Source of the DNA: an uncultured Phycisphaeraceae bacterium
GTDB lineage: Bacteria > Planctomycetota > B15-G4 > JADJEK01
Reading direction: 5' to 3'
NCBI GenBank assembly: GCA_964649825.1
Contig: CAZYQW010000147.1
Coordinates: 15,217-79,216 of the forward strand
DNA: 64,000 nt
Shown in pieces: positions 32,094-39,831 of this stretch. Within the stretch, counting starts at the first letter, position 1. Every line of letters starts with the position of its first letter. The position numbers and the translations under genes are program-made. The notes beneath the pieces were generated by a model. The model was not told the DNA's origin. It ran no database searches and worked only from the letters and a program-made list of their open reading frames with translations.

Positions 32094-34097
32094 TCAGGTC
32101 ACGTCGACGATCTCGATGAACGCCACCGCGTCGTCCGCTTCCTGATTGCCGGGGAGATCGAACCACAGCCCGGCGTCCTCGGTTTGCTCGCGCAGCCGCT
32201 TGGCCATGCTGTCCAGGTTCTCGACCATCCGCTTTCGGTCGGCTGCGGTCTGCGCCGCGATCTGCTCCGGGGTGAGGCTCATCGTCTTGGTCGTGATCGG
32301 GAGGCCGCCGACGATCTGGAACACCTCGCTGAGCGGCGTGGTGGGACTGATGTCGCGATCGATGCCGACCGCCGCGAGCCGTTGCTGGAGGTTCGCGACG
32401 AGCGCCTGCGCGTTGATGTCCGTACCGCCGATCTCGCCTGCCACGAACGACAGCGTGTTCTCGAGCCGCTTGCACCGCCTCTTGCTGGTCAGGAACTTCT
32501 CCTTGACGGTCTTCGCGCCGTAGGTGTCGTATCCCGACACCCACCCCGAGTGCATTCGCGTCGCGTTTCTGCCGGCGGAGTCGTCTTGCGGTTTGAGCAT
32601 CTCCATCATCACGACGAACGGTCTTGGCACCCCGGCGAACTCCGGAGCGCCGACATCGAGCTCGTAGATGTCGTCGCTGCCGCCCGTGATCAGGCTCTGC
32701 ACCGATCCCGCGCCGCCGATCTGCAGCCGGATCGTAGCCAGCAACTCCTGCTTGAACCCTCCCGCGTTTCCCGGCTGGAGCTGCAGGTGCCGACCCTCGA
32801 AGAAGCCCTTCGTGAGGGTACTGAACTGTTGCGTTCGAAGCGCGTGGAGCACGTCCCCGTTGTTCTCTGCCATGATCTCGGCCGCGAACACCATGATGGC
32901 GCTCTTGACCCCGTCGATCGTGGCGACCGTGTCGTCCACGGGTTGCGCCAGGTCGACGATCTCCGCGGCACGGAGCTTCGAGCTGTTCCATTCAGGGTGA
33001 CAAGCGGCGTCGTAGCCGTTCTCGTCGCCCACGAGCACCAGCGTCTTGAACGCGATCGGGCTCCAGTCCATGCCCGTCACGGCGCGGTGGACGCCGCCGA
33101 GGACGTCCTCGCCGTCAGCGCCGCCTCCCGTCGCTTTGATCGTTCGAAGGCGGCGCAGGAACTCGCCGTGATCTGCACCGTCGCTCAACGTGCACTGAAT
33201 CGCCACCTCCGACGGCCCCTGATACGTAACGATGCCGAACCGGTACTTGTCCTTGACGTTCGCGTCGCCTTCCCCGAGTTCCTTCGACACCTGCTCGATC
33301 GTCGCCACGACGGCGGCGATGAACGGATCCATCGAGCCACTCGCGTCGACGCAGAAGACGACGTCGACCTTGAATTCCCCAAGGGTCTTCCTGAACTCAT
33401 CCACCTCTTTGTCCGGGGCGTCGACGACGTCGTTTCCGGCCACAGTCCGGGGGATCGTGATGAACGCAACCTCGAAGAGATCATGCTTCGTCCCGTCCGC
33501 GGCGGTCTGATCGGGCTTGGCGTCGATGACGGGCATGACGAATCCATTGTTCCCGAGCCGCTTCGGCTCCATCGCAATCGCTATCTCGTCGTCCTGGACC
33601 TCCGGATCCGGGTAGTTCGAGAAGCCATTGTTCCAGTCGCCGTCGTTCTCATAGAACCGGACGCGCTGGCGCGCGGGATTCCTCGGATCTCTAGGATCGC
33701 CGCGAGGCATGAAGGCCAACGCCTCCCGATGCCACCATTCGATGACGTCACTACTGTGAATGAAGCCGTATTGGGTCTGCCTCTTCGCACGTTCCGCCGT
33801 ATGAACGCGATACCAGTGACCGTTCGCGTCCTCGGCGATCTTGTATTGCTTCGGATCGTCGGGACTCGGCAGCACGTAGAAGAACTGCATCGGGGCGACG
33901 GTCTGTCGGAGCAGGCGGTTGTCGGCTCTAGGCTCCTTGTAGACGCTGGCCTCCCTGCGGATGATGATCTTCAAGGGGGCGGGCCGTCCGGCGACCTCGA
34001 CGACGTGCTCGTAGGTATCCGTCTGCGCCTGGGCGGTAGGGATCGCTCCCAGGGACGCCAGGAGCAGCACTTCGATCGGGTAATTGCGTGCGAGCAT
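32094..34097 (-). CDS. Secreted vWA-domain protein resembling the extracytoplasmic region of T6SS kinase PpkA; no kinase domain
   Basis: Signal peptide ending AQA; SH3-like N-terminus (WYRV...GFIHSSDVIEW); MIDAS DVVFCVDASGSMDPFI; RFGIVTY; EDVLGGV..A...MDW; LVLVGDE; C-terminal GLP and LWF motifs. Confidence 0.75.
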   Translation of the reverse strand: MLARNYPIEVLLLASLGAIPTAQAQTDTYEHVVEVAGRPAPLKIIIRREASVYKEPRADNRLLRQTVAPMQFFYVLPSPDDPKQYKIAEDANGHWYRVHTAERAKRQTQYGFIHSSDVIEWWHREALAFMPRGDPRDPRNPARQRVRFYENDGDWNNGFSNYPDPEVQDDEIAIAMEPKRLGNNGFVMPVIDAKPDQTAADGTKHDLFEVAFITIPRTVAGNDVVDAPDKEVDEFRKTLGEFKVDVVFCVDASGSMDPFIAAVVATIEQVSKELGEGDANVKDKYRFGIVTYQGPSEVAIQCTLSDGADHGEFLRRLRTIKATGGGADGEDVLGGVHRAVTGMDWSPIAFKTLVLVGDENGYDAACHPEWNSSKLRAAEIVDLAQPVDDTVATIDGVKSAIMVFAAEIMAENNGDVLHALRTQQFSTLTKGFFEGRHLQLQPGNAGGFKQELLATIRLQIGGAGSVQSLITGGSDDIYELDVGAPEFAGVPRPFVVMMEMLKPQDDSAGRNATRMHSGWVSGYDTYGAKTVKEKFLTSKRRCKRLENTLSFVAGEIGGTDINAQALVANLQQRLAAVGIDRDISPTTPLSEVFQIVGGLPITTKTMSLTPEQIAAQTAADRKRMVENLDSMAKRLREQTEDAGLWFDLPGNQEADDAVAFIEIVDVT

Positions 34098-34215
34098 CTC
34101 CGTTCTCCGTTAGGGTCGTGGCGAGCTACAATTGCCTTCGGCTCGACCACGGCCTACTCAATGACATGACGCCGGCTGGACCAGCGCGGCGTGCGAAATC
34201 GCTTCCGTTCGTTCG

Positions 34216-36087
34216 TCAACGGACCCACTCGGCGAGCACACGAAAGCCCACGCTCGGTTTTGCGCTCGCCTTGTCGATGACGTCGCGATTGCTCGATCGA
34301 CAGCCCTGATAGGACGTCGTCCAGCCCCCGCCCCGCGTCGGAGCCGCGTGCGCCGGCACCGGCGGGAGGCTCTTCGACGGCCGACACCACTCACAGACGT
34401 TTCCGTGGAAATCGTGGAAACCCCATCGATTCGGACGGAGCTGACCGACGGTTTGCGGACCGTGCCGCGAGTTGCTTTCAAAGAACGCGATCTCACGAAG
34501 GCGCTCAGAGAGTGGGCGGTAGTTCGGAGTGCCATCGACTTCGAACAGATTGATCGGCAGCGGAGACCCCGCGCGACAGACGTACTCCCACTCGTCTTCA
34601 TCCGGCAACCGGAAGACGAAGGGGAGGCCGGCGCTCTGTACGGCCGTCGAGAGGCTCGCACAGAAGGCCTCGGCTTCGTCGAAGGTCACGGAACGTGCCG
34701 GCTGTCGTTGTCGACTCGGAGGCGACGGGACCCGGTGCTGTGCGACGTAGTCGTACGTCGCCTGGGTGACCTCGACCTCGGCCATGAGCTTGAAGGCGTC
34801 CATACGGTACGGGCGCGACGGTTCGTCAGCGGCGCTGGCGTCCGGATCGACTTCGGAACGACCCGCCACGCCGACCGTCGACGTGCCGAGGGAGCCCGTT
34901 CCCGGCGGGATCGGTGCCAACTTGAGCTCCCACGGTTGATCCGGCCACAGCGAGAGACCGCGTCCGTGTAATTTGGTCTTGAGCTTCAGAGCGAGTGCTG
35001 CGTCCTCGGACTTCGTCGCGATGTCGTAGAGCCACGGATCGACGGGTCCCGTCTTCTTGTCGAGTGCGTCGGCATAGCGCAAGACGAGCGACCGGAGTTC
35101 GGTGGTCGTCAACGCCGCTCGCGTCTGAACGTCGCTCGTGGCCTCCCCTTTGGTGGATGCAAGGCGCAACACGATCGCGAGCTCTGATTGATTGCCGACC
35201 ATCGCCTCGGCGATGGTCGGCCAGAGGTCGAGTTTGACGTACCCTTTGGCGTCCGTCTGGACGATGGTCGTCGATTCCGGCCGATCCTCTACGAACCACT
35301 CGATCGACATGTCGGCTGCCGGGCGCGAGCCGACGTCGACGATCTCGTGGATCCCAAGCTCCGCGGGTGGTTCGGACGCCATCCCGGCTAACAGAACGAC
35401 CGGCGTCGAGAAGCCCAGAGCGAGCGTGTCCATCGTCAAAGCGCTCGTCAACGTGACGGCGTCGGTTGCGGCGAGGACGGTTGCCGTCACGGCGTCCAAG
35501 GTCAATCCCGTCGCCAGGGTGGAGACGTCGAACGCGCCGAGCGAAGCCGTGATCGCGACGTCCGGTCCGAGGAGGGCGACGCTCATCACGGTGTCGATCA
35601 CGGGTGGGATGATGAAGAGGACCAAGCCCGACAGGTATAGAGGCGTCAATGCGGCCGCGACGTCGGTGTAACTGTCATTGTTGTAGGCGGCGTGCGTCAC
35701 GGGAAAGACGTGGTCGCCGTGGTACCACTGCGTCAAGAGGAACGGATAGTGGCATGCCACGGGGAACAAGCCACCACCCCGGAGCCCGGTCAGAGGGAAT
35801 GCATCGCTCTCGAACCACTTCTTGGTGAGGAAGATCGATTGCCAACCTCTCGTGGCCGATTCCTCGGAAGCGGAGAACGAGATTTCCGTGTCTTGCGTCG
35901 AGATGACGCGCTCCTCGGATACGTAGAGTCGACCGAGGGCCGGCCAGGCTCCAGCTCCGGTGACGCGCAAATCCTTGTTGAACGAAAGTGCGGCCGCGCG
36001 AACCTCGGGGACCGGGTTCGGCACGCTCTCGTGCTCGTACGCGAGATGGCAGCTCGTGAGCAGGAGCGCGAACGAGCACCGGGCCAT
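34216..36087 (-). CDS. Lipoprotein with a hydrophobic 11-residue-repeat segment and a C-terminal FGE/SUMF1-fold domain
   Basis: MARCSFALLLTSC contains the lipobox LTS-C (alternative start ATG 36183). C-terminal AEVEVTQATY, FRLPDEDEWEYVCRA, PNRWGFHDFHGNVCEWC and RGGGW..VGFRV. Confidence 0.75.
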   Translation of the reverse strand: MARCSFALLLTSCHLAYEHESVPNPVPEVRAAALSFNKDLRVTGAGAWPALGRLYVSEERVISTQDTEISFSASEESATRGWQSIFLTKKWFESDAFPLTGLRGGGLFPVACHYPFLLTQWYHGDHVFPVTHAAYNNDSYTDVAAALTPLYLSGLVLFIIPPVIDTVMSVALLGPDVAITASLGAFDVSTLATGLTLDAVTATVLAATDAVTLTSALTMDTLALGFSTPVVLLAGMASEPPAELGIHEIVDVGSRPAADMSIEWFVEDRPESTTIVQTDAKGYVKLDLWPTIAEAMVGNQSELAIVLRLASTKGEATSDVQTRAALTTTELRSLVLRYADALDKKTGPVDPWLYDIATKSEDAALALKLKTKLHGRGLSLWPDQPWELKLAPIPPGTGSLGTSTVGVAGRSEVDPDASAADEPSRPYRMDAFKLMAEVEVTQATYDYVAQHRVPSPPSRQRQPARSVTFDEAEAFCASLSTAVQSAGLPFVFRLPDEDEWEYVCRAGSPLPINLFEVDGTPNYRPLSERLREIAFFESNSRHGPQTVGQLRPNRWGFHDFHGNVCEWCRPSKSLPPVPAHAAPTRGGGWTTSYQGCRSSNRDVIDKASAKPSVGFRVLAEWVR

Positions 36088-36908
36088 GTGTCTGGTTCGA
36101 CCCGCGCGACGAGGCGGGGCGAATTCTCGGAACGACGTCGTCGCTCGCACCAGCACGTCGCGCGTTGTGCGGTACATTTCCATGAGGGTTCGCCGGAACT
36201 ATCGCGACTCCATGTGGCTGTGAACGATCCATGACGAACGTCACGGGTCGATCGACTGCACGACGCCGTCGTCAAGGGTTCTCGATCGAATCCGTAACAC
36301 GTCGAGCGGGCGGCGCGGGTTCTCACTGACAGGAACGATGTCGCTTGTGGAACCCGCCGCCTTTTCTTGACCGAGACGTTCGATTCCGTCGCACAGAGGA
36401 AGCGGGCATTGATTCGACGGCCAAACTCCTGTTGCGCTCTGCGGCCGCTGATCCCGGGGCCGCTGGTAAAGAGGGCTCGATCGGCGGCGACGGTGTCGCG
36501 GCGGCGCGACGTGGGCTCGCCGCGGTCACAGCCACGGCGCGGCGGATGCCGCGGAATGCCGCCGCAGGGGATCGCGGCCGAGCTTGGCGGGTACCTGCAC
36601 GCCCGGTCCGGTCGGGGTTGTCGCCGTTGCATTTGTCGATCTCGAGGTCGCTGCCGATCGACGTCAAGGTGAACGCGACGCCGTTGTCGCCGTTCGCGCG
36701 CTTCGGGACGACTGTCGAGTCACGCTCCACTGGTCGACATCGAGGTCGTCGGCGCCGCCGCCCGTCGCGATCGAGAGGCGCCGATGGTGGGACACGACTG
36801 GATGACGGCCTCGTGGTCCCTTGCCGAGCCGCACGTCGACGCGCGACGTGGAATGGAACCTAGACCCCATTCCTTGCATGGGATCGGCGATTCCCATGGG
36901 TCAGCCGG

Positions 36909-37637
36909 TCAGCGGTTGATCGCGAGCTCGCGTTCGAGCCGTGAGCGGTACGCCACCGACTCGTCGCGCCGGCCGAGGAACTCGAACGAGAGCGCGAGCT
37001 GGTAGAGGGCCTCGCAGCGCGCGCTGCGCGTCGCCTCCTTGAGACGGAGCACCTCGTGCGCGGCCTCCGTCACTTCGGACCACTCGCCGCGTCGCGTCCG
37101 CTGGATGGTGCGGATCATGCGCACATCGTGGGCCATCGTCGTCGGGGACACGATCGTGGGTTGCGGCGTCGGCGAAAGACCCGACGTCAGCGCCGAGCCG
37201 TAGGCCATGAGGCCGACGCCGATCAGGTGGTGGATCGGATCGCGGGACATGGCCGGAGGATCCTCTTCGATCGCCTCATCCACGTCGACCACGCCGACCG
37301 TCTCGTCTACCGCGACCGCGACTTCGCCGGCACTCTCGGATCGATGGGCGCGATGGTCGCCATGGTCGAGGGGCGACGGGTCGAAGCGGAACGAGGCGCC
37401 GACGGCGATCAGGAAGAACGCCGCCGCCGCGTACGCCAAGGGCGCGGGTCGGAGGACTCGCCAACCGCGCCGGCGCCGTGACGGCATGGCGGGAGTCACC
37501 GTCGACCACGCGTCCTTCATCCAGCGCAAGGTGGCCTGGGTTCGCGGATCGGCCTCGTCCAGCCGGTCGCCCCGTTCGGGAGGCTCGACGGCCCGCCATG
37601 CCTCTCGGAGGCGCTCGATGGCATCTCGATCGTTCAT
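36909..37637 (-). CDS. Putative anti-sigma factor (single TM, C-terminal TPR-like helices)
   Basis: Translationally coupled (ATGA) to the ECF sigma; TM LAYAAAAFFLIAVGASF; C-terminal EALYQLALSFEFLGRRDESVAY. Confidence 0.55.
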   Translation of the reverse strand: MNDRDAIERLREAWRAVEPPERGDRLDEADPRTQATLRWMKDAWSTVTPAMPSRRRRGWRVLRPAPLAYAAAAFFLIAVGASFRFDPSPLDHGDHRAHRSESAGEVAVAVDETVGVVDVDEAIEEDPPAMSRDPIHHLIGVGLMAYGSALTSGLSPTPQPTIVSPTTMAHDVRMIRTIQRTRRGEWSEVTEAAHEVLRLKEATRSARCEALYQLALSFEFLGRRDESVAYRSRLERELAINR

Positions 37638-38224
37638 GATGAAAGACCTCCACCTCCTCCGGCGCGGGCGACCTCGGGAATCCGGTGGCCGAGGATCGTG
37701 CGCAGCCGCCGCCGCGCCAACGAGAGGAGCGACCGCACCGTCCCCTCGGTGATCCCCAGGACCTCCGCGACATCGGGGCTCTCCGCCCCTTCCAAGTCGC
37801 GCAACACGAACACTTCGCGCTCCCGATCCGTCAACTTCGCCAGGCTCTCGCGCAGAATCGTGTGCACCTCGGCCGCGGCGGCGACGTCGTGGGGGTCGGG
37901 CAGGAGATCGAGGTCGGTCACCGCGGCCGACTCCTCGGCCCGTCTCCGGGTCGCCCGACGCCGCAACCGGTCGCGGCAGAGGTTGGCCGCGACGGTGTTG
38001 CGCCAGGTGGTGAACCGACGCGACGGATCGAATGCCGCCAACCGATCGATCAACTGGAGCATGGCGTCCTGCGCCACGTCCTCGGCTTCCGCCTCGTCGG
38101 CCAGGAAGCCGAAGCAGAGGCGGAAGACGCGGGGATGCTCACGTCGATAGAACTCGTCCTGGGCGGCGGAGTCGCCGGCCAGGACGCGCTCCAGCAACGG
38201 ATCGTGGCTGAGGTCCGGTGTCAT
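37634..38224 (-). CDS. ECF (sigma-70 group 4) RNA polymerase sigma factor
   Basis: Region 2 EAEDVAQDAML...FTTWRNTVAANLCRD; region 4 LTDREREVFVLRDLEGAESPDVAEVLGITEGTVRSLLSLARRRL. Start ATG 38224. Confidence 0.9.
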   Translation of the reverse strand: MTPDLSHDPLLERVLAGDSAAQDEFYRREHPRVFRLCFGFLADEAEAEDVAQDAMLQLIDRLAAFDPSRRFTTWRNTVAANLCRDRLRRRATRRRAEESAAVTDLDLLPDPHDVAAAAEVHTILRESLAKLTDREREVFVLRDLEGAESPDVAEVLGITEGTVRSLLSLARRRLRTILGHRIPEVARAGGGGGLSS

Positions 38225-38313
38225 GTCTCTGGGGAGAGTACGGCGGTCGACCGCCGGGCGCTGAAGGGAAAATCGAGCCCTGGCGTTCGACGAACGAGCG
38301 GAACCGACCCACG

Positions 38314-38339
38314 GGAACGTGGGATTGCTTATTCTCGTC
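38314..38339 (+). promoter_or_regulatory. Possible ECF-type promoter (GGAAC-N17-CGTC)
   Basis: GGAAC at 38314-38318 and CGTC at 38336-38339, about 105 nt upstream of the 38446 gene and next to an ECF sigma gene. Pattern match only. Confidence 0.3.
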
Positions 38340-38445
38340 GACTCTCTTCGATCCGCGTTACGAATCTCGTTTCGCTGCGTCCCTCGTGCACGCGATCGGT
38401 CCCGCTCACGACATTCGAGCCGTACGCGCACGCAAAGGAGGAGTC

Positions 38446-39750
38446 ATGCGACGACGTCCCTGGTCACTCGTTTCCGCCGGTGGAGCACTCGTGCTCCTCT
38501 CGTCGATCCTCGCCGGCCGCACGCCGGCCGCGGTGATCGTCGTCGACGCGGCGGGGGGAGGAGCGTACACCTCGATCCAGCCGGCGGTGGACGCGGCGGT
38601 GGACGGCGACATCCTGTTCGTCCGCGCCGGCACCTACGCGGGCTTCTCGATCGTCGACAAGTCCCTCGTCGTGTCGATCGACCCGCCGGTCGGTTTCGAC
38701 CAAGTGAAGGTCGACGGCGTGACCGAGGTCCGCTCGCTCTCGCCGGGCAAGACCGTCCAGCTCAGCTTCCTCACCGGCAAGAGCCTGCCGTATGCACCGA
38801 CGTCCCACGCGCTCGTCGTCGACAACTGCCAGGGGCACGTGCGTGTCCAGGCGTGCCGGTTCACGGGAATCCCGGGAAGCAGCTCCTCGAACGGCGCAGA
38901 CGGGACGGCGGGGGCTCGAGTGATCAACTCCGCCGACGTGCTCTTCGTGGGTTGCCAGCTCTTCGGTGGCTATGCCGCCAACGTCCCGCCCTGCGACGGG
39001 ACTGGCGGGACCGCGTTCGGCGGGCGGGGCGGCGACGGGCTGCACGCGACCGGCTCGTCGGTGGTCGTGTACGACTCGCTCGTGCGCGGGGGCAAGGGCG
39101 GCGAGGGCTGCTTCGTGGGAGGGTTCGGCGGCGACGGAGGGCGGCTGGAGACGACGACGCTCTTCACGTCGAACACCAAGTGGGAGGGAGGCGGCGGCCA
39201 GTGGGCGATCGAGTACATCGGCTGCGGCTTCGTCGGCGGCGACGGCGGCGACGGTCTCCACGTGGACGCGGGCTCGACCGCGCGCGTACTCGACTGCGAC
39301 CTCATCGCCGGTGCGCCCGGGCCGCCCGCCCTGTGCAACGTCGCGGGCAACCCGGGGCAGACGTTCGCGGGCGCGGGAACCGTGACGCTGCTCGGCGGCG
39401 TTGCGCGTGCGTTCAACACGGCCAAGTCGGCGCACGAGGGCCAATCGATCCTGCTGCAGTTCGCCGGGATCGCGGGCGACACGGCGTTCCTGTTCCTCTC
39501 GACGTCGACCGGCGCCCAGGCCATAGATCCCTGGAGCGGAGTGTTCCTGCTTGGCTCTCCGTTGATCGGCCCGCTTCTGGCCGGGGTCGTTCCCGCGGGA
39601 GGCTACTTCGAGTTCAACGTCACCGTGCCGCAGCTCCCGACCGGTCTGCTCGGCGCCGGCGTGTACGAGCAGGCGATCTTCGTCGACGCCGTCGGCAACG
39701 TCAGGATCGGCAGCCCGGGCTACCTGACGATCTTCGACGCGTCGCTCTGA
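38446..39750 (+). CDS. Secreted protein with pectin-lyase-like/beta-helix N-terminus and Gly-rich repeats
   Basis: AAGGAGGAG RBS; signal peptide; VIVVDAAGGGAYTSIQPAVDAAVDGDILFVRAGTY; repeated GG.GGDGL...S motifs. Confidence 0.7.
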   Translation: MRRRPWSLVSAGGALVLLSSILAGRTPAAVIVVDAAGGGAYTSIQPAVDAAVDGDILFVRAGTYAGFSIVDKSLVVSIDPPVGFDQVKVDGVTEVRSLSPGKTVQLSFLTGKSLPYAPTSHALVVDNCQGHVRVQACRFTGIPGSSSSNGADGTAGARVINSADVLFVGCQLFGGYAANVPPCDGTGGTAFGGRGGDGLHATGSSVVVYDSLVRGGKGGEGCFVGGFGGDGGRLETTTLFTSNTKWEGGGGQWAIEYIGCGFVGGDGGDGLHVDAGSTARVLDCDLIAGAPGPPALCNVAGNPGQTFAGAGTVTLLGGVARAFNTAKSAHEGQSILLQFAGIAGDTAFLFLSTSTGAQAIDPWSGVFLLGSPLIGPLLAGVVPAGGYFEFNVTVPQLPTGLLGAGVYEQAIFVDAVGNVRIGSPGYLTIFDASL

Positions 39751-39831
39751 CCCGCTGACCCGCCGCGCCCGCGCCGCGACTCGCCCCGATGACGGCGGCC
39801 GCCGCACGGCGCGGGGTGGTGCGCGGTCGCG

